Shown here: positions 19,495 through 29,215 of the stretch, piece by piece | Position numbering within the stretch: position 1 is the stretch's first letter | Layout: every line of letters begins with the position of its first letter | DNA from: Caenispirillum bisanense | GTDB lineage: Bacteria; Pseudomonadota; Alphaproteobacteria; Reyranellales; Reyranellaceae | DNA: 58,218 nucleotides | Reading direction: 5' to 3' | Assembly: GCA_945878895.1 (NCBI GenBank) | Contig: CAMDVZ010000001.1 | Span: 1-58,218 of the forward strand | The notes under the pieces: model-generated | Seen by the model: the letters and a program-made list of their open reading frames with translations, nothing else | Told to the model about the DNA's origin: nothing | The model's database searches: none | Made by a program: the position numbers and the translations under genes

Positions 19495-20430
19495 ATGATC
19501 GTCCGCCGCAATCTCATCGCCCTCGCGGCCTCCGCTGCTGCGTTCGCCGCCTCGCCGGCCCTCGCGCAGAGCTGGAAGGCCAGCCATCCGGAACTCGTGT
19601 TCGCCGTGGTTCCGGCCGAGAACGCCTCGGGCGTCACCGAGCGCTTCCAGCCGTTCGTCGAATACCTGTCGAAGGAACTCGGCGTGAAGATCACGCTGCG
19701 CATCGCCAACGACTATGCCGCCGTGATCGAGGGGCAGCGGGCGGGCAATATTCACATCGGCGCCTACGGCCCCGCAGCCTACGCGCGGGCGGCGATCACC
19801 GGGGTGAAGGTCGAGCCGTTCGTCACCACCCGCAACGCCGATGGGTCGCTGGGCTACTATTCGGTCACCTACGTGCTCGCCAAAAGCTCCTACACGAAAA
19901 TGGCCGATCTGAAGGGCAAGACGCTGGCGCTGGTCGACCCCAATTCGGCGTCGGGCAACAACGCGCCGCGCTTCTTTCTCAACCGCGACGGCTACGACGT
20001 CGACTCCTACTTCGGCAAGAACATCTACGCGGGCAGTCACGAGAACGCGATCCTCGCGCTGACCCAGGGCACCGTCGACGCCGCCGCCAACTGGTGGAAC
20101 GCGGAAGACGATTCCAATCTCACTCGCATGCTGAACAAGGGCATGCTGAAGAACGCCGACGGCTCGCCGATGAAGGCGTCGGACTTTCGCATCGTCTACA
20201 AGTCCGACCTGCTGCCCAACAGCCCCTACGCCTATCTCGCCTCGCTGCCGGCCGATCTCAAGACGGCAATCTCGAAGGCGTTCATGGAGGCGCCGACGAA
20301 GGCAAAGCCTGCATTCGACAAGCTGTCGGACGGCAAGGACAGGGAGTTCGTGAAGAGCGACGCCAAGTCGTTCGACCCGATCGTTCAGATGATCCGCTTC
20401 GTCGACGAGATGCGCAAGAAGCGGTCGTAA
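19495..20430 (+). CDS. phnD: phosphonate ABC transporter substrate-binding protein PhnD
   Basis: Signal peptide followed by VFAVVPAENASGVTERFQPFVEYLSKELGVKI...YAAVIEGQRAGNIHIGAYGPAAY, the typical PhnD pattern. Confidence 0.9.
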   Translation: MIVRRNLIALAASAAAFAASPALAQSWKASHPELVFAVVPAENASGVTERFQPFVEYLSKELGVKITLRIANDYAAVIEGQRAGNIHIGAYGPAAYARAAITGVKVEPFVTTRNADGSLGYYSVTYVLAKSSYTKMADLKGKTLALVDPNSASGNNAPRFFLNRDGYDVDSYFGKNIYAGSHENAILALTQGTVDAAANWWNAEDDSNLTRMLNKGMLKNADGSPMKASDFRIVYKSDLLPNSPYAYLASLPADLKTAISKAFMEAPTKAKPAFDKLSDGKDREFVKSDAKSFDPIVQMIRFVDEMRKKRS

Positions 20431-20507
20431 AGGACGGCGTGCCGGAGATGAGCGACAGCGCGTGCTTCGGCCTTTCGTCCATCCCGACCCGATCGTAGAT
20501 CAGTAGA

Positions 20508-21389
20508 ATGGCCATAGCGATCCAGAGGCTTCCCGACGGGCGGGAAGCCGCCATGATGCGGGCCTACGCCGAGGCCGTGGCGGCCCGGCGCGCCCGCACC
20601 GCGCTCGGACTCGTCATCCTGTTGCTGCTCGCCGCGGTATCGGCGCACGTCAGCGAAGTCGACATCGGAAAGTTCGTCGACCATATCGGCGGCGTCGGCG
20701 GCTACTTCGACCGCACGCTGCGGCTGGAATCCGGCGCCCGCGTCTGGACCGACCCCGCCGACTGGCTGTGGGGCTGGAAGCGCTGGGGACGGTTGCTCGT
20801 CGATACGCTGCTCATCGCCTATCTCGGCACGGTGCTGGGCGTCATCGCCGGCTTTTTCCTGTGTTTCCTCGCCGCCGAAAACCTCACGCGCTCCAGGCCG
20901 CTCCGCTTCGCCGTCCGCCGCTTCCTCGAGGCGTGCCGCACGGTGCCGGAGATTGTGTTTGCGCTGGTGTTCGTGGTGGCGTTCGGCCTGGGTCCGCTGC
21001 CCGGCGTCTTGGCCATCCTGATCCACACCATGGGCGCGATGGGCAAGCTGTTCGCCGAGGTGGTCGAGAACATCGACATGAACCCGGTCGAGGGCGCCAC
21101 CGCCAGCGGCGCCGGCTGGGTCCAGGTGGTGCGCTTCGCCGTGGTTCCCCAGGTGCTTCCCAATTTCGCCTCGTACAGCCTGCTCCGCTTCGAAATCAAC
21201 GTGCGCGGCGCGGCCGTGATGGGCTTCGTCGGCGCCGGCGGAATCGGCCAGGATCTCGTCGAGGCGATCCGCAAGTTCCACTATTCGGACGTCAGCGCGA
21301 TCCTTCTGATCCTCATCGCCACGGTCATGGTCATCGACCTGCTCACCGAACGTCTGCGACACCGCCTCATGGGCAGGGGAGCGGCCTGA
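20508..21389 (+). CDS. phnE: phosphonate ABC transporter permease PhnE
   Basis: Polytopic permease with a PhnE-type EAA-like loop (NIDMNPVEGATASGAG). It lies in the phnCDEE arrangement. Confidence 0.88.
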   Translation: MAIAIQRLPDGREAAMMRAYAEAVAARRARTALGLVILLLLAAVSAHVSEVDIGKFVDHIGGVGGYFDRTLRLESGARVWTDPADWLWGWKRWGRLLVDTLLIAYLGTVLGVIAGFFLCFLAAENLTRSRPLRFAVRRFLEACRTVPEIVFALVFVVAFGLGPLPGVLAILIHTMGAMGKLFAEVVENIDMNPVEGATASGAGWVQVVRFAVVPQVLPNFASYSLLRFEINVRGAAVMGFVGAGGIGQDLVEAIRKFHYSDVSAILLILIATVMVIDLLTERLRHRLMGRGAA

Positions 21390-22252
21390 TGAGGAGCCCG
21401 CTGCGCGCCGCCGCGACGAACGACCTCGCCGGAATCAGGGCGCGCCATCCCGACGTGTTCGCGCTTTCGCCGGCGCAGCGGTTGACCGGTCCCGCCATCG
21501 TGGCCATTGGCGTCGGTCTCGCGCTTTACGCATTGTGGCGGCTGGAGTTCTCGTTCGAACGTATCGGGACCGGGATCGTCCAGCTCGGTTATTTCCTGAC
21601 TCTGATGGTGCCGCCGTCCAGCGGCGGCAAGTTCGCAATGTATCTCGGTGCTCTCGCGGAGACGCTGGCGATCGCGTTCCTGGGGACGCTGGTGGCGGCC
21701 GTGCTGGCGGTGCCCGCCGCGTTGTTGGCGGCCCGGAACGTGGTCGCCAACCGGGTCGTCCACTTTCTCGCCCGCCGCGGCCTCGACTCGATCCGCGGCA
21801 TCGATACGCTGATCTGGGCGTTGATCTTCGTCAGCGCCGTCGGCCTGGGTCCCTTCGCCGGCATGCTGGCGATCGCGGCGGCCGACTTCGGTGCCTTCGG
21901 CAAGCTGTTCTCCGAGGCGATGGAGAACAGCGACCGCAAGCCGGTCGACGGCGTCCTCGCCAGTGGCGGCTCGGAGATACACGCGGTGCGGTTCGGAGTG
22001 CTGCCCCAGGTGTTTCCGGTCATGCTCAGCCAAGTGCTTTACTACATCGAATCGAACACGCGCTCGGCGACGATCATCGGCATCGTCGGTGCCGGCGGCA
22101 TCGGCCTGCACCTCGCCGAGGAAATCCGCACGCTCGAATGGAGCCGGGTGGCGTTTCTGGTGTTGATGATCCTGGTCACCGTCGCGGCCATCGACTCGGT
22201 GTCCGCTCGGGTGCGCTTCGCCATCATCGGGGATCGACGGAGGGCGGCGTGA
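21389..22252 (+). CDS. phnE: phosphonate ABC transporter permease PhnE (second copy)
   Basis: ATG 21389 overlaps the upstream TGA. Paralogous loop (NSDRKPVDGVLASGGS). It is the internal part of ORF 20768..22252. Confidence 0.88.
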   Translation: MRSPLRAAATNDLAGIRARHPDVFALSPAQRLTGPAIVAIGVGLALYALWRLEFSFERIGTGIVQLGYFLTLMVPPSSGGKFAMYLGALAETLAIAFLGTLVAAVLAVPAALLAARNVVANRVVHFLARRGLDSIRGIDTLIWALIFVSAVGLGPFAGMLAIAAADFGAFGKLFSEAMENSDRKPVDGVLASGGSEIHAVRFGVLPQVFPVMLSQVLYYIESNTRSATIIGIVGAGGIGLHLAEEIRTLEWSRVAFLVLMILVTVAAIDSVSARVRFAIIGDRRRAA

Positions 22253-22986
22253 CGTCTCGCGTGCCGGGCAGCCCCGAGGCCCCGCGCTATGCCCTGTACT
22301 ACGCGCCGCGACCGGACGAGGGGATCGCGCGAGCGGCGGGCCGCTGGCTTGGCCGCGATGCCGAAACCGGCCAGCTCTTCGGGCAACCCATCATACCCGG
22401 GGTATCGTCCGAGCAGGTCGCGAAGGCGACGGCCTCGCCCCGACGGTATGGCTTCCACGGGACCCTGAAGGCGCCGATGGCCCTGCGCGAAGACGTTTCC
22501 GAGGGGACGTTCCTCAGTGCCGTCGGGGATTTCGCCGCGTCGACCGGGAGCTTCGCCGTCCCCAGGCTCGCGTTGGTCCTTCTCGACGGCTTTCTCGCCC
22601 TGGTGCCCGCCGCAGCGTGCACGGAGCTTCATGCGCTGGCGGACCGGTGCGTGACGGAGTTCGATGCATTGCGGCTGCCCGCGTCGGACGAGGAGCTGAC
22701 TCGCCGGCGATCGGGAGGCCTGTCGCCCAGGCAAGAGGCACTCCTCGCCCGGTGGGGATATCCCCATGTCCTGGACGAGTGGCGGTTTCACCTGACGCTG
22801 ACGGGGCGCATCGACGACGACGCGACGAGCGTGGCGCTCGCGGCCACGCTCAGGCTTCACTTCGAGGCGTTCATCGGACGACCGCTGCCGGTGCGCGATG
22901 TTTGCGTCTTTCGGGAAAGCGCCCCCGGACAGCCATTCGTCGTGCTGTCTCGCTTCAGACTCGGCGGTCGCTCGACGGTGGCTTGA
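22249..22986 (+). CDS. DUF1045 / 2H-phosphoesterase-type putative phosphonate metabolism protein
   Basis: GTG 22249 overlaps the phnE stop (GTGA). Two H-x-T motifs are present (YGFHGTLKAP and RFHLTLTGR). It is the C-terminal part of ORF 21535..22986. Confidence 0.75.
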   Translation: MTSRVPGSPEAPRYALYYAPRPDEGIARAAGRWLGRDAETGQLFGQPIIPGVSSEQVAKATASPRRYGFHGTLKAPMALREDVSEGTFLSAVGDFAASTGSFAVPRLALVLLDGFLALVPAAACTELHALADRCVTEFDALRLPASDEELTRRRSGGLSPRQEALLARWGYPHVLDEWRFHLTLTGRIDDDATSVALAATLRLHFEAFIGRPLPVRDVCVFRESAPGQPFVVLSRFRLGGRSTVA

Positions 22987-23539
22987 CGAGATCGACGATC
23001 AGGCGCGCGAAGGCGCGCGCGGCGTTGTCGAGCGGTCCGTCGTTTACGATCGTCACGAGGCTGGCGTGGTCGACCGCGAACGCGGTACCGCGCTCAAGGC
23101 GTTCAGCCATCGCCGCGCGGTCCTCGCGACCGCGGTCCGCGATCCGGGCGGCCAGCATGTCCATCGGCGCCGTGATGACCACCGGACGAAGGAAAGGCGC
23201 ATCCGGCCCCAGGTGCTGGAAGTGCTCCCGCGAACCGCTGACGACGACGGCGAATCCGGCGCGACGCCAGGCGTGAATCTCGCTGCCGATGCCGTAGTCG
23301 TTGCCGTGGGCGTGCCAGTCGAAGGCGAACAGGCCACGCGCCCGCCGGACCGCGAACTCCGGTCGGGTGAGGGCGACGTGGTTCTCGCCGCCGCTGTCGG
23401 CGGGACGGGTTATGTAGCGGTGGGCGAACAGCACGGCCGGCCCGGCGCCCAGCAAAGTGCGTGCGCGCCGGAGAACGGAGTCTTTCCCCGCGCCGGACGG
23501 TCCCATGACGTAGACGAGCGGCGCCTCGATGTCAGACAA
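22955..23539 (-). CDS. phnN: ribose 1,5-bisphosphate phosphokinase PhnN
   Basis: P-loop VMGPSGAGKDSVL. The start is placed at the TTG at 23539, which overlaps the phnM stop. The upstream ATG at 23599 is possible but would overlap phnM by 68 nt. Confidence 0.8.
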   Translation of the reverse strand: MSDIEAPLVYVMGPSGAGKDSVLRRARTLLGAGPAVLFAHRYITRPADSGGENHVALTRPEFAVRRARGLFAFDWHAHGNDYGIGSEIHAWRRAGFAVVVSGSREHFQHLGPDAPFLRPVVITAPMDMLAARIADRGREDRAAMAERLERGTAFAVDHASLVTIVNDGPLDNAARAFARLIVDLVKPPSSDRRV

Positions 23540-24677
23540 CGCGCTCCCCTTCGCGCCAGACCGTGCGCACGACGGGAGCGCCGTCGACGGTGCGGACACG
23601 CACGAGATCGGCGCGCCGGTCGGCCGCGATTTCGCCGCGGTCCTGCAAGGCCACCGCGAGCGCTGGGTTGCGCGAGGCCAGCCGCACGGCGGCCGGGAGC
23701 GAGATTCCCGACCCGCCGAGCGCCAGCTTGAAAACCGCCTCCATCAGACTGGTCGGCACGTAGTCGGACGACAGGATGTCGGCCGTACCGTCGATCAGGA
23801 GCTCCGAAGCAGCGATGTTGCCGGAATGCGAGCGACCGAGGACGAGGTTCGGCGCGCCGACGAGAACCGACAGCCCGCCCGCCCGCGAAGCTTCGGCTGC
23901 CTCGCGGGTAGTGGGGAACTCGGCGATCGTCATGCCGTCGGCGACCGCCTCCTGGACGTGTGCGGTCGTGGCGTCGTCGTGGCTGGCCAGCGGCAGGGCG
24001 CGCGCCTGGGCCCGTTCGACGATTTCGCGGCGATGGGAAGCGGCGTTCTTGCGGTGCAACGCGAGCGACTTTGCAGTGAACGCCTCGAACTCCGCGTCCG
24101 TCATCGCGAACTTCTTCGTGTAGTATAGCCGCTGTTGCGCCGGGTCGACGAACTGGCGCTGGCCCGGCGTATGGTCGTTGATGGAAATCAGGCCCACGAG
24201 CGGAAGATCGATCCACCGGTCCACCGCCTCGACCGCGTCGTCGGCCGAAATTTCGCAGCGCAGGTGCAGGCGGTGTTCCGCGCGAGTCATGCCGCTCCGG
24301 CCGACGGCGATGACCGCCTCGACCATCCGTTCGCGATCGCGAACCCGGTCGGAGTTTCCGCGCACGTCGCCGAGCGCCAGCGAGTCGAACACAGTCGTGA
24401 TGCCGGCGGCGCCGATCTGGGTGTCGTGGGCCATCACCGCGGGAATGCTGGGCCACGCCACGCCCGGTCGCGGCGAGAAGTGCTTCTCCATGTTGTCGGT
24501 GTGCAACTCGACGAGACCGGGCAGGAGGTAGTCGCCGTCGAGATCGATCGCTCCGCCGACGTTGCTGCGCCCGCGCGAGACTTCCACGATCTGGTCGTCC
24601 CGCACAACGACGGTGCCGTCGAACACCTCGTCCGGCGTCACGACATGGGCGTTGGTGAAGATCATGTCGGGGCTCAT
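23532..24677 (-). CDS. phnM: alpha-D-ribose 1-methylphosphonate 5-triphosphate diphosphatase PhnM
   Basis: ATG 24675-24677 (MSPDMIFTNAHVV) overlaps the phnL stop. Amidohydrolase pattern GLVELHTDN is present. It is the internal part of ORF 23532..25259. Confidence 0.88.
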   Translation of the reverse strand: MSPDMIFTNAHVVTPDEVFDGTVVVRDDQIVEVSRGRSNVGGAIDLDGDYLLPGLVELHTDNMEKHFSPRPGVAWPSIPAVMAHDTQIGAAGITTVFDSLALGDVRGNSDRVRDRERMVEAVIAVGRSGMTRAEHRLHLRCEISADDAVEAVDRWIDLPLVGLISINDHTPGQRQFVDPAQQRLYYTKKFAMTDAEFEAFTAKSLALHRKNAASHRREIVERAQARALPLASHDDATTAHVQEAVADGMTIAEFPTTREAAEASRAGGLSVLVGAPNLVLGRSHSGNIAASELLIDGTADILSSDYVPTSLMEAVFKLALGGSGISLPAAVRLASRNPALAVALQDRGEIAADRRADLVRVRTVDGAPVVRTVWREGERVV

Positions 24678-25372
24678 TCGTGGACTCCGGGAAGGGCGAC
24701 GCGATGGACGCGGGTCGCGAGGGCATCGCGCATGTTGGCGTCGTGGAAGATGGCCACGATCGCGGCGCCGGCGTCCCGTCGCTCGCGGACGAGGTCGACG
24801 ACGGCGTCGCGGTTCTCGGCATCGAGCGACGCGGTCGGCTCGTCGAGCAGCAGCACGGGATAGTCGACGCCGAGGGACCGGGCGATGTTCACCCGTTGCT
24901 GTTCGCCGCCGGAAAACGTCGCCGGCGGCAACGCCCACAGGCGTTCCGGAATTCGCAGGCGGTCCAGCAGCGACTTCGCGCGTGCGTCGGCTTCCGAACG
25001 GGAACGCCCCGCCCGGATCATGGGCTCGGCCACCACGTCGAGAGTGGCGACGCGCGGGATCACCCTGAGAAACTGGCTGACGAACCCCATGGTCCGGCGA
25101 CGAACGTCCAGCACTATCCGGGGTTCGGCGTCCACCAGTTCCGTCCAGCCATCGTCGTGTCGAACGCGGATCGATCCGGCTTGCACCCGATAGTTCCCGT
25201 ATAGAGACCGCAGCAGCGTGCTCTTTCCCGCGCCGGACGGTCCGACCAGGGCGAGGCACTCGCCGGTCTCGACCGAGAGCCCGACGTCGCGGAGAACTGG
25301 CAGCGTCAGTCCTCCCTGGGCGTGGACGGTGAACGACTTGCGGAGTCCGGTGGCGGCGAGAGCGATGGACAT
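24674..25372 (-). CDS. phnL: C-P lyase system ATP-binding protein PhnL
   Basis: Contains [24 protein letters not shown] and LLLDEPT. It occupies the position between phnK and phnM. Confidence 0.9.
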   Translation of the reverse strand: MSIALAATGLRKSFTVHAQGGLTLPVLRDVGLSVETGECLALVGPSGAGKSTLLRSLYGNYRVQAGSIRVRHDDGWTELVDAEPRIVLDVRRRTMGFVSQFLRVIPRVATLDVVAEPMIRAGRSRSEADARAKSLLDRLRIPERLWALPPATFSGGEQQRVNIARSLGVDYPVLLLDEPTASLDAENRDAVVDLVRERRDAGAAIVAIFHDANMRDALATRVHRVALPGVHE

Positions 25373-25376
25373 GGCG

Positions 25377-26162
25377 CTACACCGGCAGGATCGAGGAGAC
25401 GAGGGTTTGCGCGTAGGGATGCTGCGGATCGTCGAGCACCTGGTCGGTCAAGCCATCCTCGACTACCCCGCCGCCCTGCATGACCATGAGCCGGTGCGTC
25501 AGCATCCGGGCGACGCCGAGGTCGTGCGTGACCAGCACGACCGAGAGGCCGAGATCGGCGACAAGGCCGCGCAACAGGTCGAGGATGCGGGCCTGCACCG
25601 ACACGTCCAGTCCGCCCGTCGGCTCGTCCATGAAGACCAGCCGCGGGTGGCTGACCAGGTTGCGGGCGATCTGGAGCCTTTGCCGCATGCCTCCCGAGAA
25701 CGTAGTCGGCCGGTCGTCGATTCTGTCGCCGTCGATCTCGACCCGCCCCAGCCAGTCGATGGCGGCGCCCCGGATGTCGCCGTAGTGGCGCGCGCCGACC
25801 GCCATCAGACGCTCGCCGATGTTCGCGCCGGCGCTGACGCCCATGCGCAAGCCCTCGCGGGCGTCCTGGTTGACGAATCCCCATTCGGTGCGGGCGAGAA
25901 GCCGTCGGCGCGCTTCCGACAGGGCATGGATATCCACGACGCCGGACGATGCCGACGCATACGCGACCGCGCCGCCGTCGGGGGTCTGCCGGCCGGCGAG
26001 GCAATCGAGCAGTGTCGTCTTGCCGGATCCGGACTCGCCGACGATCCCCAGAACCTCGCCAGGCCACAGGTCGAGGTCCACGCCGGTACAGGCGATCCTC
26101 TCGCCGAAACGCTTCTCGATGCCACGGGCACGCAACAACGGCCGGTCGTCGAGCGCCGTCAC
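25377..26162 (-). CDS. phnK: C-P lyase system ATP-binding protein PhnK
   Basis: GTG 26160-26162 overlaps the phnJ stop. Contains GESGSGKTTLL, FSGGMRQRLQIAR and VFMDEPT. Confidence 0.9.
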   Translation of the reverse strand: MTALDDRPLLRARGIEKRFGERIACTGVDLDLWPGEVLGIVGESGSGKTTLLDCLAGRQTPDGGAVAYASASSGVVDIHALSEARRRLLARTEWGFVNQDAREGLRMGVSAGANIGERLMAVGARHYGDIRGAAIDWLGRVEIDGDRIDDRPTTFSGGMRQRLQIARNLVSHPRLVFMDEPTGGLDVSVQARILDLLRGLVADLGLSVVLVTHDLGVARMLTHRLMVMQGGGVVEDGLTDQVLDDPQHPYAQTLVSSILPV

Positions 26163-27034
26163 GAGGCCGGCTCCGTCGCGGCGGTCCGACTGCCGCAATA
26201 GTCGGTGTCGGAACATACGAAAAGGCGGCTTCCCGCGTCGTCGACGATCATCTCGTCGAGGAAGCTTTCCGAGGAGCCGCACAGCGCGCAGCATCCCGTC
26301 CAGCGTTCGATCTCGAACGGGTGGTCGTCGAAATCTAGACTTTTCACCGACGTGTAGGGCGGGACGGCGTAGATTCGCTTCTCGCGGCCGGCGCCGTAGA
26401 TCTGCAAGGCCGGGCTCCGGTCGAGTTTCGGGTTGTCGAACTTCGGGATCGGCGACGGGCTCATCATGTAGCGGCCGTCGACCAGGACCGGGTAGTTGTA
26501 GGATTTGGCTATACGGCCGTGTCGCGCGACGCTTTCGTAGAGACTGACCTGCATCACGCCGTACTCTGCCAGCGCGTGCAGCGTCCGCGTCTCGACCTCG
26601 CGCGGCTCGAGCGTGCGGAGCGGCTCGGGAATCGGCACCTGGAAGACGAGAATCTGGCCTTCGCGGAGCGACGTTTCGGGTACGCGATGACGGGTCTGGA
26701 CGATGGTGGCGTCGGCCGTCCTGGTGGTGGTCGCAACGTCGGCAACCCGCGCGAAGAAGCGCCGGATGCTGACGGCGTTGGTGGTGTCGTCGGCGCCCTG
26801 GTCGATGACTTTCAGCGTGTCGTCGCGACCGACGATGGCGGCCGTGACCTGGATGCCGCCCGTGCCCCATCCGTAGGGCAGCGGCATCTCCCGTCCGCCG
26901 AACGGAACCTGATAGCCCGGAATCGCGACGGCTTTCAGGATCGCGCGCCGGATCATGCGCTTGGTCTGCTCGTCGAGATACGCGTAGTTGTAGCCGCCGT
27001 CGAAGGTCGACTGGTCGTTCGATGAACCGGACAT
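26159..27034 (-). CDS. phnJ: C-P lyase catalytic subunit PhnJ
   Basis: Full ORF containing YAYLDEQTKRMIRRAILKAVAIPGYQVPF and the C-terminal Cys cluster CALCGS...VCSDTDYC. Confidence 0.93.
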   Translation of the reverse strand: MSGSSNDQSTFDGGYNYAYLDEQTKRMIRRAILKAVAIPGYQVPFGGREMPLPYGWGTGGIQVTAAIVGRDDTLKVIDQGADDTTNAVSIRRFFARVADVATTTRTADATIVQTRHRVPETSLREGQILVFQVPIPEPLRTLEPREVETRTLHALAEYGVMQVSLYESVARHGRIAKSYNYPVLVDGRYMMSPSPIPKFDNPKLDRSPALQIYGAGREKRIYAVPPYTSVKSLDFDDHPFEIERWTGCCALCGSSESFLDEMIVDDAGSRLFVCSDTDYCGSRTAATEPAS

Positions 27035-27037
27035 GGC

Positions 27038-28135
27038 CTATTCCGCCGCCCGGTCGAGCGCGGGGGGCGCCGCGCGCGATTCGACCTCGGCGCGCAAGGC
27101 CCGGACCACGACGAGCTCCGACTGAAAGTCGACGTAGTGGGGCAGCTTGAGGTGCTGGACGAACCCGGACGCCTCGACATTGTCGCTGTGCGAGAGGACG
27201 AATTCTTCGTCCTGGGCCGGCGAGGTCGCGGACTCGGCCAGTTCCCGTGCGCGCAAGGCACGATCCACGAGTGCCATCGACATCGCCTTGCGTTCGGCAT
27301 GGCCGAAGGCCAGGCCGTAGCCGCGCGTGAACTGCGGCGGCACGTCGCGGGACCCGGCGAACTGGTTCACCATGTCGCATTCGGTGACGTCGATTTCGGC
27401 GATCTCGATGGCGAACCCCAACTCTTCCGGGATGAAGGACACCGGCACCGGGCCATGGCGTATCTCGCCGACGAACGGATGGTTGTTGCCGTATCCGCGT
27501 TGCGTGGAGTAGCCCAGCGCGAGAAGGAAACCCTCGTCGCCACGCGCGAGATTCTGAAGCCGCACGGAGCGGTCGGCGGGCAGATCGAGAGGCTCGCGGG
27601 TCAGGTCGCCGGGCTCCCGCGCGGCAGGTGGTGCCTCGAGTATCCCCTCGCGTTCCAGGATGGCGCCGACATGCGCCATTGGCTGCGCCGTCGCGTCCGG
27701 ATCGACCGGCGCCGCGGGACGATCGGCCTCCACGGCAAGCGAGAAATCCAGCAGTCGATGCGTGTAGTCGAACGATGGCCCGAGCGACTGGCCGCCGGGT
27801 ACGTCCTTGAACGTCGCCGAAATGCGGCGTTCCACGATCATCTGGCCGGTGTCGATCGGAACGCTGGCGCCGAACCGCGGCAGCGTCGTCCGGTAGGCGC
27901 GAAGCAAAAAGATTGCTTCGACGAGATCGCCGCGCGCCTGCTTCACCGCCAGCGCCGCCAGCTCGCGATCGTAGCAGGACCCCTCGGTCATCACCCGGTC
28001 GACGGCGAGCGTGAGCTGCCCGTCGATCTGCGCCAGGGAAATCTCCGGAACCGTCCGGTCTCCGCGACGCTTGTCGGCGAGCAGATCGAGCGAGCCGGCG
28101 ATCGCGGCTTCTCCGCCCTTTACGGCAACGTACAT
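27038..28135 (-). CDS. phnI: C-P lyase core complex subunit PhnI
   Basis: ATG 28133-28135 (MYVAVKGGEAAI). It has a PhnI-typical N-terminus and size, and sits between phnH and phnJ. Confidence 0.9.
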   Translation of the reverse strand: MYVAVKGGEAAIAGSLDLLADKRRGDRTVPEISLAQIDGQLTLAVDRVMTEGSCYDRELAALAVKQARGDLVEAIFLLRAYRTTLPRFGASVPIDTGQMIVERRISATFKDVPGGQSLGPSFDYTHRLLDFSLAVEADRPAAPVDPDATAQPMAHVGAILEREGILEAPPAAREPGDLTREPLDLPADRSVRLQNLARGDEGFLLALGYSTQRGYGNNHPFVGEIRHGPVPVSFIPEELGFAIEIAEIDVTECDMVNQFAGSRDVPPQFTRGYGLAFGHAERKAMSMALVDRALRARELAESATSPAQDEEFVLSHSDNVEASGFVQHLKLPHYVDFQSELVVVRALRAEVESRAAPPALDRAAE

Positions 28136-28136
28136 G

Positions 28137-28736
28137 TCAGCTGTCCACCGCGACGCCGCGCGGAAAGGCGAGAATCCGCGACGCGGTCGCGAAGACGATG
28201 TCGAGACCGCACGGAAAGGATTCCCGGTCGGCGCGCCGGTTGTCCCAGAAGGATTCCGGAACACCCGGAACCGACACTTCGATCCGGCCATCGATTCCGG
28301 GCCCTCGCCATGTCCGGGGCGCGGACCCATCCAGCGACGGCACCTGGATCAGGAGGGTCGCGGAGCGATCGGGATAGGTGTCCGTGCCGATCGGGAAGCC
28401 AGCCAGATATCCCGCATCGGTCTCCGACAGGACCGCGATCGCGGCATCCTCGCGTCGCGCGACGATTTCGGCACCCGTGTGGAAGCGTATGAAGTCTCGG
28501 ACGGCAGGCTGATCGAAAGACGGGGCGAGCCAGACCGGCGCGTCGCCATCGGCCAGCGTGAGCAGGATGGCGGCGCTCGCGCCGCAAAGCGGTCCCGCCG
28601 GGTTTGGCGTCCGCTCCAGATCCCCGATTCTCCCGGGATGGGCGAACGCGTTCAGAACGGCGCGGAACGTCCTTTGCGAATCGTGCGTTGGATCGTCGAA
28701 GCCCGTGCCGACATCGCCAAGAAGCGCGACGCTCAT
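28137..28736 (-). CDS. phnH: C-P lyase core complex subunit PhnH
   Basis: ATG 28734-28736 overlaps the phnG stop. Contains THDSQRTFRAVLNAFAHPG, a PhnH-type motif. Confidence 0.88.
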   Translation of the reverse strand: MSVALLGDVGTGFDDPTHDSQRTFRAVLNAFAHPGRIGDLERTPNPAGPLCGASAAILLTLADGDAPVWLAPSFDQPAVRDFIRFHTGAEIVARREDAAIAVLSETDAGYLAGFPIGTDTYPDRSATLLIQVPSLDGSAPRTWRGPGIDGRIEVSVPGVPESFWDNRRADRESFPCGLDIVFATASRILAFPRGVAVDS

Positions 28737-29215
28737 GCCGCCGCCTCGCGTGCCACGGTGAAAAATTCCACTTTGGTCGCCGCGACGCGTCCGGCGGCCA
28801 TCCGTCGACGGTCCTCGTGCTCTTTCGCCAGAGGCTCGACGATCATCGTCTCGATGCGCGCCCGCCACTCCGGCAGCGCGCCAAGCGCGTCGACAACGGC
28901 AATAATCTCTACTTTTCCGCGGTCGCGGCCGCCGGCATAGCCGATGCCGAGTTGCCCGCCCGCGAGCCGCACCGCCGCTCGCGTCGCCGTCATTTCGCCC
29001 GCGCAGAAAGCGGCTCCGGCGCCGGAAGTACGGCCCTGCACCATGACAAGGCCGACCTCGGGACGACGCACCACCACGTAGTCGGGTGGCGCGCCCAACG
29101 CGCTCCAGAGGGAGCGAAGGCGGCTCCCCGGAGATTTCGCCAACACCGACAGCCAGCGACGGCGGCGTTCCGTCGGGTCGTCGGGCGGGGGTGATTGCTG
29201 ATCGCTGATGGTCAT
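28733..29215 (-). CDS. phnG: C-P lyase core complex subunit PhnG
   Basis: Full 160-aa ORF and first gene of the phnGHIJKLMN string. It has PhnG-like size and the CAGEMTATRAAV region. Confidence 0.85.
   Translation of the reverse strand: MTISDQQSPPPDDPTERRRRWLSVLAKSPGSRLRSLWSALGAPPDYVVVRRPEVGLVMVQGRTSGAGAAFCAGEMTATRAAVRLAGGQLGIGYAGGRDRGKVEIIAVVDALGALPEWRARIETMIVEPLAKEHEDRRRMAAGRVAATKVEFFTVAREAAA

Noticed and set aside
23540-23599. The upstream ATG at 23599 as the phnN start.
   Set aside because: It would add 20 residues before the P-loop region and overlap phnM by 68 nt. The TTG at 23539 overlapping the phnM stop fits the coupled-gene pattern of the rest of the operon. This choice remains uncertain.
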